The position numbers and the translations under genes were made by a program. From the NCBI GenBank assembly GCA_036522855.1, contig DATDFA010000016.1, forward strand, positions 5,809 to 69,808: 64,000 nt of DNA, read 5' to 3'. The DNA comes from Candidatus Acidiferrum sp. Lineage in GTDB: Bacteria > Acidobacteriota > Terriglobia > Acidiferrales > UBA7541. The notes beneath the pieces were generated by a model that ran no database searches, was not told the origin of the DNA, and worked only from the letters and a program-made list of their open reading frames with translations. Of the stretch, positions 1 to 9,071 are shown in pieces (position 1 is the stretch's first letter; each line of letters starts with the position of its first letter).

Positions 1-890
1 CTTCCTGGTTGCAGATGGGCATACGTGGCGTAGAGTTGAGGGCCAATCCGCAGAATAATGTAGTTGCCCGCAAGGTTGTCGAGAGTGAACGAGCTCGGCA
101 AAACGCGCGGCGTGTTCTCGGGGATGCCGTCGACAACCGCGGTGATTTCTCCATCCGCTACGGCAAGGAGTGGTTCGCCGTAGCCCCACCAGTTATCATT
201 TCGCGCGGTGCCATCATGAGTAGAATCCCCATTGGGCCCTACTTTGATCCAGTCGATGGCGAACCTTTGTGCTAGGTGAACGTTTCCATCGATCGCAGTG
301 ATCGCACGACGATGGTCGGAATTGTTCGCGGGGCCGATGCCTGCCAGCCAAACGCCTCCGTTAAAGGGAGGACTAAGGGTGGGAGCTGAATGCCGGCTAA
401 CTTGGACCGGAAAATCTTCGAGGACGGCATCCGCCGAACTGCCTCGGTCGTTTGGCGAAGCCGCCGATGAAAATATCATACGATGGTGCAGGACCGCCGG
501 AACAGTGTGATTTGGTTGCAGTTCGATCCAAAGAAAAATGATCACCTGAGCGCCGGACTCAATAGTGCCTGTGCCCTGGGAGCTCATTGCCCCGGCCCGG
601 TGCATCGCCATGGTTAAGCTGTCGCCGGTTAGAACGTGTATCGGTCCGCCATTTTCCGTATCGGCGGAAATCTCGACGCGCTTTAGCGTTAGTGGCATCG
701 AGTCGAAATTGGTGACGTGCAGCTCGTACGCCAGCACTGTCCGCTGGTCGATCGGGAAAGGAATCGGCTGCCACGGACAGACTAGCTCTACTCGAGGTCC
801 TCTTTCCCGGGCGAGCCCCGCATGGGTCAGTTCGCACATCAGTGCGAGAACGAGAACGAAACCGATTCTGCCCGCCAGTGAGAGATTCAT
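1..890 (-). CDS. M23 (LytM-type) family metallopeptidase, C-terminus cut by window edge
   Basis: Not in the ORF track (no stop inside the window). My own translation of the minus strand from ATG (complement of 888-890) gives MNLSLAGRIGFVLVLALMC... (signal-like) and stays open to nt 1. The distal part ...FAIDWIKVGPNGDSTHDG...GEITAVVDG...LAGNYIILRIGPQLYATYAHLQPG fits the M23 peptidase core. Confidence 0.7.
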   Translation of the reverse strand, partial: MNLSLAGRIGFVLVLALMCELTHAGLARERGPRVELVCPWQPIPFPIDQRTVLAYELHVTNFDSMPLTLKRVEISADTENGGPIHVLTGDSLTMAMHRAGAMSSQGTGTIESGAQVIIFLWIELQPNHTVPAVLHHRMIFSSAASPNDRGSSADAVLEDFPVQVSRHSAPTLSPPFNGGVWLAGIGPANNSDHRRAITAIDGNVHLAQRFAIDWIKVGPNGDSTHDGTARNDNWWGYGEPLLAVADGEITAVVDGIPENTPRVLPSSFTLDNLAGNYIILRIGPQLYATYAHLQPG

Positions 891-946
891 ATCGGCAGCT
901 TCTTGAGGTTGGCTTCGGTTCTATTCATGGAGAGGCACTTTCAACC

Positions 947-1981
947 TCATCGAGATGCGTCGGTCGGCAAGTCCGCGAACCGCTCCCGGTACTCGCTTGG
1001 AGCAACTCGGAGAATTCGAAGAAATGATCGCCGTAAACTCTGCATCGATCCAAAACCGCAGTCGCTCGCAATTCTTTCCAACTTATCGCGCGATTCCTCT
1101 AGTCGGCGGCGGGCTGCCTCGACCCGAATGCGCTCAACGAATCGTGCCGGCGTTGTGCCCGTATCCTTAAGGAAGACTCGTGCAAAGTTACGAGGACTCA
1201 TGGCCGCCTTTGCGGCCAGTTTTTCCACCGGCATGTCCTGCTTGAGATTATCGAGGACCCAGGAGCGGACTTCTTCGATTTGCTTCCGGTCAGAGGCTTG
1301 CAGAGAAAGCGCGGCACTGAATTGAGATTGACCTCCAGGCCTGCGCATGTACAGCACTAGCTCGCGCGCGACCTGCAGCGCTACTCTTGTTCCCAGGTCC
1401 TCTTCTACCAAGGCCAACGCCAAGTCCATGCCGGCTGTCACGCCAGCACTGGTGTAGGTGTTGCCGTCTCGTATGTAGATCGGGTCCGGGTCGACAGCAA
1501 CTCGTTTGAATCGCTTTGACAGATCTGCGGCCCATTTCCAATGTGTCGCGGCGCGCTTGCCGTCCAAAAGCCCTGCTGCGGCGAGCAGGAAAGCTCCGGT
1601 ACAGATGGACCCTATGCGCCGCGTGCGTAGAGCGATTTTTCCAAGCCACCGTAATAGTTCCTTGTCCTGCGCAGCTTTTTCGACTCCCGACCCGCCTGCT
1701 ACCAGCAAAGTGTCTATTGGTCCGCGAAGAGTGCGATAGGTCTCCGATCCAGCGAGCACCAGGCCGCAATTTGTCAGTACGGATGTGCGGCGAGTTGAAC
1801 TGACAAGAACTACTTTATAAGGCGCCGTCTGAGCGGGGTTCTCTCGCACAAAGAACTCTGCTGCGCGAACAAAGACTTGGAATGGTCCCGTCACATCGAG
1901 GATCTGGCTGTTTGGCGCTGCGAGGAAGACGACTGTTCTGCAGCTGTGGAGCGGGGAGCGTAGCGGTTGTGAGCGTTTCAT
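947..1981 (-). CDS. GlxA-family transcriptional regulator (DJ-1/PfpI-like domain + AraC-type HTH)
   Basis: 344 aa ORF. The N-terminal DJ-1/PfpI-like fold has the nucleophile elbow GSICTGAFLLAAAGLLDGKRAATHW. The C-terminal AraC HTH reads MSPRNFARVFLKDTGTTPARFVERIRVEAARRRLE ... GFGSMQSLRRSF. Confidence 0.85.
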   Translation of the reverse strand: MKRSQPLRSPLHSCRTVVFLAAPNSQILDVTGPFQVFVRAAEFFVRENPAQTAPYKVVLVSSTRRTSVLTNCGLVLAGSETYRTLRGPIDTLLVAGGSGVEKAAQDKELLRWLGKIALRTRRIGSICTGAFLLAAAGLLDGKRAATHWKWAADLSKRFKRVAVDPDPIYIRDGNTYTSAGVTAGMDLALALVEEDLGTRVALQVARELVLYMRRPGGQSQFSAALSLQASDRKQIEEVRSWVLDNLKQDMPVEKLAAKAAMSPRNFARVFLKDTGTTPARFVERIRVEAARRRLEESRDKLERIASDCGFGSMQSLRRSFLRILRVAPSEYRERFADLPTDASR

Positions 1982-2006
1982 GGTCAGATGCTACTGTTCG
2001 AGTATC

Positions 2007-2045
2007 GATGGCAGCAATGACAAAACGAGGTCATTTTCTGCCATC
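2007..2045. promoter_or_regulatory. nested inverted repeat 26-64 nt upstream of the GlxA-type regulator start (candidate operator or 5'-UTR hairpin)
   Basis: GATGGCAG-c-AATGAC-aaaacgag-GTCATT-tt-CTGCCATC. Outer 8-bp arms are 2007-2014 / 2038-2045 and inner 6-bp arms are 2016-2021 / 2030-2035, read directly from the sequence. Confidence 0.3.
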
Positions 2046-2325
2046 GCAGGAACTTCGCCATGTTCGGTGCGCGATACGAGGTCGCCGCTTCACAAGTCAT
2101 CCTGCGCTTTTGCGTGACAGTGCGCTCTCGCCGCGGTACTGCGTATCTTCATAACAACGGCTGAACGTCGCGCCGAGTCTAATCCGCCATCACTCAGAGC
2201 ACGTCGTGCACTCGAAGGCCTCTGAATCTGAGCAGAAATCCTTTCATTTATCTTCGGTTTATCTGCGATGCGATATGGTTGAGGCGCGATTGCAGCATTC
2301 TCGGTGTCAGAGCGGAGGATTTTCG

Positions 2326-3381
2326 ATGATCAATCAACTTAGATGGACTGGCGCACTCACAACGCTGACTCTCATGCTGGCGATTTCTGGTATTGCGTTG
2401 CAGGCAAAGCTCTCGCCGAATGAGACGGGCGCCGTCGGGGCTAGCGGCTATCACGTCAGCAAGACGATCCCCGTCGGCGGGGAAGGTTTCTGGGACTACA
2501 CCACGATGGATCCGGATGGGCGGCGGCTCTACGTTTCGCATGGCACGCACGTGGTGGTGCTTGACGCCGATACTCAGGCGGTAGTGGGAGACATTCCCGA
2601 CACGCAGGGCGTACACGGCATCGCAATTGCTTCCGAGGCCGGACGCGGCTTTGTCAGCGACGGCCGCGCTAACAATATCACTATGTTTGACCTGAAAACT
2701 CTAAAGACTCTGGGCACGATTCCAGCTGGAACCAATCCTGACGCGATCATTTATGATCCGGCCACGAAACGCGTGTTCGCGATGAATGGACGCAGTGGAG
2801 ACATCACGGCAATAAATGCGGCCGACGGCAAAGTTGTCGGCACGATTGCGGTTGGCGGCAAGTTGGAATTTGCCGCAGCCGATGGCAAAGGCACGATCTT
2901 TGTCAACATTGAAGACAAGTCCGAGCTCGCGCACATTGACGCAGAAAAACTCACGGTACTGCATAAATGGCCCTTAGCTCCGTGTACTGAGCCTTCCGGG
3001 CTTGCAATGGACACCAAGACGCGACGGCTTTTTGTCGGTTGCGATAACAAAATGATGGCCATCATAAACGCAGATACGGGGAAAATAATCACTACGCTGC
3101 CAACGGGCGATGGCACCGATGCCAACGGATTCGATCCGGCGACGGGATTTGCCTTTTCCTCTAATGGCGAGGGCACTTTGACCGTGGTGCACGAAGATTC
3201 TCCGGACAAATTCACGGTAGTGGAGAATGTGCCGACGAAAAAAAGCGCGCGGACTATGGCGGTGGACTTGAAGACCCACAACATCTTTTTGCCAGCGGCG
3301 GACTTCGACGCGCCAGCAGCGGGTGAACGGCGAGGAAAAATGAAGCCGGATTCCTTCGTAGTGTTGATGCTAATGCGATAG
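2326..3381 (+). CDS. secreted YncE/YVTN-family beta-propeller repeat protein
   Basis: ORF 2206-3381. I chose ATG 2326 (GGAGGA at 2314-2319, then signal peptide MINQLRWTGALTTLTLMLAISGIALQA). Repeated ~40 aa units (YVSHGTHVVVLD, GIAIASEAGRGFVSD, AIIYDPATKRVFAMN, RLFVGCDNKMMAII) are typical of YVTN/YncE propellers. Confidence 0.7.
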   Translation: MINQLRWTGALTTLTLMLAISGIALQAKLSPNETGAVGASGYHVSKTIPVGGEGFWDYTTMDPDGRRLYVSHGTHVVVLDADTQAVVGDIPDTQGVHGIAIASEAGRGFVSDGRANNITMFDLKTLKTLGTIPAGTNPDAIIYDPATKRVFAMNGRSGDITAINAADGKVVGTIAVGGKLEFAAADGKGTIFVNIEDKSELAHIDAEKLTVLHKWPLAPCTEPSGLAMDTKTRRLFVGCDNKMMAIINADTGKIITTLPTGDGTDANGFDPATGFAFSSNGEGTLTVVHEDSPDKFTVVENVPTKKSARTMAVDLKTHNIFLPAADFDAPAAGERRGKMKPDSFVVLMLMR

Positions 3382-3527
3382 AGATCGAGTCGAATTTTGC
3401 TTTGCCGAGGAACGCGGGGAGCGCGAGCGGGCGGAAACTTGCCGCGCTCCCTCGCTTTTTCTCAAGCGCCTCTCTGCTATACTCTTGGCCACGGCCGGCA
3501 CAGTTTCTTCAACCGCCCCTTGAGCCA

Positions 3528-4220
3528 ATGACCGCGCGCGAATCTTCCTCAGCCAAGCGTGCTCCAAAGACGCAGCGTGGTCCGCACGCTCCAAAACACA
3601 TCGTCGTCGAAGGTCCGTTGCGTGTTGGGAAATCCACGCTGGCGCGGATTCTTGCCGAACGATTGCACGCGCGGCGGGTCTACGATTGCGAAGACAATCC
3701 TTTTCTCGGCGATTTCTATAAAGAACAGCCTGGTTCCGCCCTGCGCGCGCAGATGTATTTCTTGATGGAAAGGCAAAAGCGATTGCGAGAGGCTTTGGCT
3801 GCCGATTCGCCCGCGCCGCTGCTCGCCGATTTCCTGATGGAAAAAGATCGCATCTTTGCGAATCTGAATCTCGATGACGAAGAGTTGAAACTTTACGAAC
3901 GCTATTACGAGTTACTCGCCAAGGATATTCCCCCTCCCGACCTGGTGATTTATTTGCAGGCCAAGCCGGAGGTGCTGCGCGTGCGCATCGAGAAAAAAGC
4001 GCTAAAAGACGAAAATCAGATTTCGACCGAATACATTGAGGAAGTTTCTCGAGCATACGAGCATTTTTTCTTTCGCTACGAGGCGTCCGATTTGTTGGTC
4101 ATTAATACCTCGGAAATTGACTTCGTTGCGCGAAATGAGGATTTGCAGCAACTACTCAGACGATTGCAGGAGCCGGTCAAAGGGACGCAGTATTTTCTGC
4201 CGTTGGGAGCCGCCGAGTAA
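3528..4220 (+). CDS. deoxynucleoside kinase family protein
   Basis: ORF 3402-4220. I chose ATG 3528 (MTARESS...). It has the P-loop VVEGPLRVGKSTLARIL and dNK-like segments NPFLGDFY, MYFLMERQKRL, EKDRIFA and LVIYLQAKPEVLRVRIEKK. Confidence 0.7.
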   Translation: MTARESSSAKRAPKTQRGPHAPKHIVVEGPLRVGKSTLARILAERLHARRVYDCEDNPFLGDFYKEQPGSALRAQMYFLMERQKRLREALAADSPAPLLADFLMEKDRIFANLNLDDEELKLYERYYELLAKDIPPPDLVIYLQAKPEVLRVRIEKKALKDENQISTEYIEEVSRAYEHFFFRYEASDLLVINTSEIDFVARNEDLQQLLRRLQEPVKGTQYFLPLGAAE

Positions 4221-4243
4221 AATGGCTGACGACTAGTGTCCGG

Positions 4244-5470
4244 CTATTCAGTAAAAACTACTCCGACTGACCTGTTTACCCCCTCTTCGTTGGTATCGAT
4301 CCGCACCACATATCCACGCAGCTTCATCGTTTTTGGTCCGTCCACGCCGGGAGTTTCCATGGTGATTTGCAATTCCGATTGCAGACGAGGGCAACGCTGC
4401 ATGGAAAGTAGCGCTCCCTGCAATGCTAGATCGCGCACGATGGTTTCTTCCTCGAACGAATGTCCGCCTTCGGTGATGCCGCTGACTCGCGCCCGGAAAT
4501 GCGCTTCGCGCCGCAGCGCGGTGCGCGTTACCGGCATATGTGCTTCGAGCGTTCCGTCCGAGGAACCAAGTTTGATGACCATGCCTTCGCTCGCCGCGAA
4601 GACCGAATCAAATTCCTCGCGAGCTTGCCGCAGCAATCCATCCACCATGCGATCCGTGGAATCCGGGTCGTGATGGAACAGCACGAGAGTCTTTGCGCCG
4701 GCTTCCCGTGCAACTTTTACTCCTTCGCGCCAGGAAGAATGTCCCCAGCCTTTGCGCGCTGTGGCCAGTTGTTCCGGAGTATATTGCGCGTCGTTGATAA
4801 AAATATCCGCGCCTGACGCGAGCTGCCGTAACTCTTCATCAAGCTTCGCGTCGCCGGGTTCGTTATCAGTGGCGTAAACCACAGTGCCGCCGGGAGTTTC
4901 AATGCGGTAGCCGAGGCAGCCTTGCGGATGATTGATGTGGCGCGCAGTGATTTTGTTCTCGCCAACGGTGAAAGTATCTCCGCCACTGACTTCCATGAAT
5001 TTCTTTTTTGCAGTCATGGCCGACATATTCACGGGGAAATACGGAGTCGCCATCTGTGTTTCGAATACTTGTTTCAGGCTGTCGCGCCCGAGATGCTTGG
5101 AACGGAAACTGCAAAAGTGGAAGGCATTATTTTCAGCATACAGCGGCGCGAAAAAAGGGACTCCCTGGATGTGGTCCCAATGATAGTGCGTGACCAGAAT
5201 GTGCGTTTCGGGATTTCGAACGCCGGAGGCAATTACGCCGGAAGAAGGAGCAGTCCAGCGGCTGCCAAGAACACGAAGCCCGGTACCGCAATCGAGAATA
5301 AATTGCGTACCGTCTGGTGCGGTCAGTTCGAGACAGGGCGTGTTGCCGCCATAACGCCAAGTTGCGGGATCCACGGTTGGTGTAGAACCGCGAACTCCCC
5401 AGAAGCTCAGCTTTGTGACCGGGCCTGCCATTTTTTTGACGCGCTTCCCTGGCCGAACGCTCGTTGTCAC
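4244..5470 (-). CDS. MBL-fold metallo-hydrolase with C-terminal PilZ-like domain
   Basis: 408 aa ORF with a GTG start at 5470; ATG 5431 (MAGPVTKLSFWG) is an alternative. The MBL signature THYHWDHIQGVPFF (HxHxDH) is present, plus downstream GWGHSSW and LFHHDPD. The last ~94 aa (nt 4247-4528) read LRREAHFRARV...VRDLALQGALL...LRGYVVRI..., a PilZ-like beta-barrel pattern. Confidence 0.7.
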   Translation of the reverse strand: MTTSVRPGKRVKKMAGPVTKLSFWGVRGSTPTVDPATWRYGGNTPCLELTAPDGTQFILDCGTGLRVLGSRWTAPSSGVIASGVRNPETHILVTHYHWDHIQGVPFFAPLYAENNAFHFCSFRSKHLGRDSLKQVFETQMATPYFPVNMSAMTAKKKFMEVSGGDTFTVGENKITARHINHPQGCLGYRIETPGGTVVYATDNEPGDAKLDEELRQLASGADIFINDAQYTPEQLATARKGWGHSSWREGVKVAREAGAKTLVLFHHDPDSTDRMVDGLLRQAREEFDSVFAASEGMVIKLGSSDGTLEAHMPVTRTALRREAHFRARVSGITEGGHSFEEETIVRDLALQGALLSMQRCPRLQSELQITMETPGVDGPKTMKLRGYVVRIDTNEEGVNRSVGVVFTE

Positions 5471-5640
5471 TCGTTATCAAGCGTTCAGAACGCCTATTAC
5501 AGTGCGCTTACTGATACTCGCAGCGGCGGAGAGGAGCGTCAACGAATTCGCGCAACAGGTTGTCAAACTGCGTAATAAGGGCAGCAATAAAGAGGCAGGA
5601 AGGAAGCGGAACAGCGGAAAGGGCGAGTACAATAGCGACG

Positions 5641-6645
5641 ATGCACGAAGATTTCGGTGGTATGCACAATCATTCGCAAGAGCATGGTGACGGCCACAGT
5701 CATTCGCATGGACATGCGCACTCGCATCCGCGCGAGGGGCACACGGGACACGCGCATCCCCCGATGGAGCCCTCGGTGCTGGCGTGGGCAATGGCGGCGA
5801 CTCTGGGGTTGGTGGTGGCGGAGATTTTTGGCGGATTTCTGGGACGCAGCGTGGCGCTGTTGAACGACGCGGTGCACAACCTTTCAGACGTCCCGGCGCT
5901 GGGAATTTCATGGCTGGCGATGCGCTGGGCCCAGAAACCCGCGGACAGCGAGAAAACTTACGGATACCGCCGGGCGGGGGTGCTGGCGGCGTTCACGAAT
6001 GCCGTACTGCTGGTGCTCCTTTCGTTGTGGCTAGGATGGGAATCGATCCAGCGTTTGCGCGCACCGGTGGAAGTGATTGAGGCGTGGATGATCTGGACTT
6101 CTCTGGCGGCGCTGGCAGTCAATGGCGGGATAACCTTGGCGCTGGTACGCGGACGCAATGATCTGAACTTGCGCAGCATTCTGGTGCACAACTTTGGCGA
6201 CGCGCTTTCGAACGTGGCCATCATCGCCGGCGCGATTGTGATTGGAGTAACCGGATGGCGCTGGGTCGATCCAGTGCTGGGTCTGGCGATTGGTTTGTTA
6301 GTGTTGTGGTCAAGTATTGGAATTTTGCGTGATTCGGCGCACATTTTGCTGGAGGGGCGCCCGAAAGAAATGGGAATCGAAGAAGTGGCGCGCGCGATTC
6401 TGAAAGTGGAGGGTGTGATGGAAGTGCACGACGTGCACATCTGGTCGCTGGGCGGCGGAGAGATCGCTATGTCCTGCCATGCACGGGTCCCGGATATGCA
6501 TTTGGATAAATGCGAGAGCGTGCTTTCTGAAATCAAGGCGATGCTCGCGGCGGACTTTTCGATTGGGCATGTGACCGTTCAATTAGAACGGGCGGGATTG
6601 CCGTCACAATCCGGATATGTGATGCCTGAAGCCGCGAAACAATGA
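5641..6645 (+). CDS. cation diffusion facilitator (CzcD/ZitB-like) metal efflux transporter with His-rich N-terminus
   Basis: ORF 5560-6645. I chose ATG 5641. The N-terminus is His-rich (HNHSQEHGDGHSHSHGHAHSHPREGHTGHAHPP). The TM core has CDF motifs (LNDAVHNLSDV, HNFGDALSNV) and the C-terminal cytoplasmic domain reads VHDVHIWSLGGGEIAMSCH. Confidence 0.85.
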   Translation: MHEDFGGMHNHSQEHGDGHSHSHGHAHSHPREGHTGHAHPPMEPSVLAWAMAATLGLVVAEIFGGFLGRSVALLNDAVHNLSDVPALGISWLAMRWAQKPADSEKTYGYRRAGVLAAFTNAVLLVLLSLWLGWESIQRLRAPVEVIEAWMIWTSLAALAVNGGITLALVRGRNDLNLRSILVHNFGDALSNVAIIAGAIVIGVTGWRWVDPVLGLAIGLLVLWSSIGILRDSAHILLEGRPKEMGIEEVARAILKVEGVMEVHDVHIWSLGGGEIAMSCHARVPDMHLDKCESVLSEIKAMLAADFSIGHVTVQLERAGLPSQSGYVMPEAAKQ

Positions 6646-6822
6646 AAACCAGCATTTTGTGCAAGCGAGGTTCGAAGCACTGCTTCGGTAAGAATTTCCG
6701 GCGTGGAAAAAACAGCAAAAAGAACGCCTTAGTTCGTCGGCCACCTCTGATGGTGGCGGTCTTGCTATCTCCAAAGTGACGGCACAGGACACGGCGTACG
6801 GCAATCGGCAGCGCTTTATCAT

Positions 6823-6851
6823 TTGACACGACTTCTTCACTGGGTTCTAAT
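6823..6851 (+). promoter_or_regulatory. sigma70-like promoter candidate for the PQQ dehydrogenase gene
   Basis: TTGACA (6823-6828), a 17-nt spacer, then TCTAAT (6846-6851). It lies about 70 nt upstream of the GTG 6923 / ATG 6929 start. Confidence 0.4.
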
Positions 6852-6922
6852 CGCGACAATTCGTCTCAGCGCTTTGCAGCTTTCGACCATACCGGAACAC
6901 TAGTGAATCTTAGAAATCGGCG

Positions 6923-8986
6923 GTGATCATGCGCGTTCGCACCTCTTCACTTTTTGTAGTGTTCATCTTTCTGGCTCTCGGTGCGTGCAAATCGTCGAAT
7001 TCCGGGAAGGCCGCAGGCGATTCGAATGATTGGAGCATGCATGGAGGAAATTACCGGGAGCAGCAGTTTAGTCCGCTGAAGCAGATCAACTCGGAAAATG
7101 TCGACAAGCTGGGGCTGGTGTGGAGTCACGAGTTCGGGACGCATCGAGGGTTGGAAGCGACTCCCCTGGTGGAGAACGGAGTCATCTACACAACAGTCGA
7201 ATGGAGCGTGGTGTACGCGATAGACGCACTGACCGGACAGGTGCTGTGGACATTTGATCCCAAGGTGCCACGCAATCGAGCGCGAAGAATTTGTTGTGAC
7301 GTGGTGAATCGCGGCGTGGCGTTGCACAACGGCAAAGTGTATGTCGGCACGCTGGATGGACGACTAGTTGCGCTGGATGCAAAGTCCGGTGCTCCGGTGT
7401 GGGACACGCTCACATTCGATCAATCCAAAGCTTACGCAATTACCGGAGCGCCGCGCATCGCGAAAGGATTGGTGGTGATCGGGAATGCCGGCGCCGAATA
7501 TGGAGTGCGTGGATACATTTCCGCGTACGACGCGGAGACTGGGAAACTAGCGTGGCGCACTTACACGGTCCCGGGCGATCCGAAAGAGGGATTTGAATCC
7601 AAGGCTCTGGAAGAGGCAGCGAAAACCTGGCATGGCAAATGGTGGGTTGCCGGCGGTGGAGGCACTCCGTGGGACACCATCGTTTACGATCCGGAGCTGG
7701 ACCTCGTTTATACAGGAACCGGAAATGGAAGCGCCTGGTACCGTGCGCTGCGCAGCGAGGGCAAGGGAGACAACCTTTATCTTGCATCCATTCTGGCGCT
7801 GCGGGGCAGCACAGGCGAACTGGTCTGGCATTTTCAAGTGACTCCCGGCGACAACTGGGACTACGACGCGACGCAGCCGCTGATGCTGGCGGAACTGAAG
7901 ATCCACGAGTGTTCGCGCAAAGTGATTATGCAAGCGTCAAAGAACGGATTTTTTTATTTGCTGGATCGGGAAACGGGCGAGTTTATTTCGGCGAAACCGT
8001 TTGTGAACGGCATTACCTGGGCCACTGGGATCGACGCGAAAAGCGGGCGGCCGATGGAGTCTACTACGGCATATGACGGTCTGCATCCAGTGATCGTTTC
8101 TCCAGACACTGATGGGGCGCACAATTGGTTTCCGATGGCTTTTGACCCAGAGGAAGGGTTGGTATACGTTCCGGCGAAAGAAGGAACAGCTTTCCTACAT
8201 GCACCCGATCCCGGTTGGAAGTACGATCCGAAGAGTTGGAATCGGGGCCAAGACGACAGTTACGACGGCCCTCTAGCGACCAAATTGAGCGCAGCTCCGG
8301 CGGCAGTCGGCAAACTGGTCGCATGGAATCCAGCGGAGGGGCGTGAGGTTTGGCACGTGATGCATCCGAGTTTGGAATCCGGAGGAGTGTTGGCGACGGC
8401 GGGGGATTTGGTTTTCCAGGGACGCCCGGACGGAATGTTCCTCGCGTACGACGCAGCGAATGGAAAGAAACTTTGGGAGTACGACACCGGAACGGGAATC
8501 ATGGCACCGCCTGTGACCTACAGCGTCGCCGGAGTGCAGTATGTCACGGTAACAGCGGGATGGGGTGGAGTGCCCGGCGTAATCAATCCGCCGGGACAAG
8601 GGACAACCAAGCCTGGATTTGGCCGGATCCTCACGTTCGCGATCGGCGGCAATGCGAAGCTGGAGATTCCTCAATTCGGCCATAGCGGTCTGCCGAAGCC
8701 GGCAATCCGCATGAATGCATCGCGGGAAACGGTGCACGAAGGCGAAATTCTCTACGACAATTACTGCCTCTATTGCCATGGAGTGAATGCAGTGGCGGGA
8801 GCGCTGCCCGACTTGCGCTATGCCGGCGCTGAAGTCCATAAGCAGTTCGCAGCGATTGTGCTGGACGGTACCCGCGAGGAGCGTGGCATGCCGTCATTCA
8901 AGGACGTGCTGGACCCACATAAGCTGCGGGCGATCGAGGCATTTGTGTTGGCTCGCGCCGAGGAATCCTCGCGCTCCAAGCAATAA
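6923..8986 (+). CDS. PQQ-dependent quinohemoprotein alcohol dehydrogenase (type II-like, C-terminal cytochrome c domain)
   Basis: 687 aa with a lipoprotein-like signal (FLALGACKSS). PQQ-ADH hallmarks are present: W-rich propeller repeats, the vicinal Cys pair RRICCDVVNRG and the active-site stretch TPGDNWDYDATQ. The C-terminal haem-c site is CLYCH (8765-8779) with a downstream GMPSF Met ligand region. Confidence 0.85.
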   Translation: MIMRVRTSSLFVVFIFLALGACKSSNSGKAAGDSNDWSMHGGNYREQQFSPLKQINSENVDKLGLVWSHEFGTHRGLEATPLVENGVIYTTVEWSVVYAIDALTGQVLWTFDPKVPRNRARRICCDVVNRGVALHNGKVYVGTLDGRLVALDAKSGAPVWDTLTFDQSKAYAITGAPRIAKGLVVIGNAGAEYGVRGYISAYDAETGKLAWRTYTVPGDPKEGFESKALEEAAKTWHGKWWVAGGGGTPWDTIVYDPELDLVYTGTGNGSAWYRALRSEGKGDNLYLASILALRGSTGELVWHFQVTPGDNWDYDATQPLMLAELKIHECSRKVIMQASKNGFFYLLDRETGEFISAKPFVNGITWATGIDAKSGRPMESTTAYDGLHPVIVSPDTDGAHNWFPMAFDPEEGLVYVPAKEGTAFLHAPDPGWKYDPKSWNRGQDDSYDGPLATKLSAAPAAVGKLVAWNPAEGREVWHVMHPSLESGGVLATAGDLVFQGRPDGMFLAYDAANGKKLWEYDTGTGIMAPPVTYSVAGVQYVTVTAGWGGVPGVINPPGQGTTKPGFGRILTFAIGGNAKLEIPQFGHSGLPKPAIRMNASRETVHEGEILYDNYCLYCHGVNAVAGALPDLRYAGAEVHKQFAAIVLDGTREERGMPSFKDVLDPHKLRAIEAFVLARAEESSRSKQ

Positions 8987-9071
8987 GACGGCGTGTTCAT
9001 GACGAGCGGCATAGCTGCCGTTGCCACCTGTATGTGTGGCGATTAAATTGGCAGCCACTGAGGGAATACTC

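Noticed and set aside
9-906. Plus-strand ORFs 9-275, 298-510 and 565-906 at the left edge
   Set aside because: The minus strand is open across the whole region and encodes a recognisable M23 peptidase with a signal peptide. The plus-strand ORFs have no motifs.
5471-5640. Possible metal (NiCo/czcD-type) riboswitch in the ~170-nt leader of the CDF exporter, including a purine-rich tract AGGCAGGAAGGAAGCGGAACAGCGGAAAGGGCGAG
   Set aside because: I could not fold it into the four-way junction or find the paired conserved ACAG / GGGACAG elements from memory. The region is also the divergent promoter for the MBL gene. A covariance-model scan would be needed.
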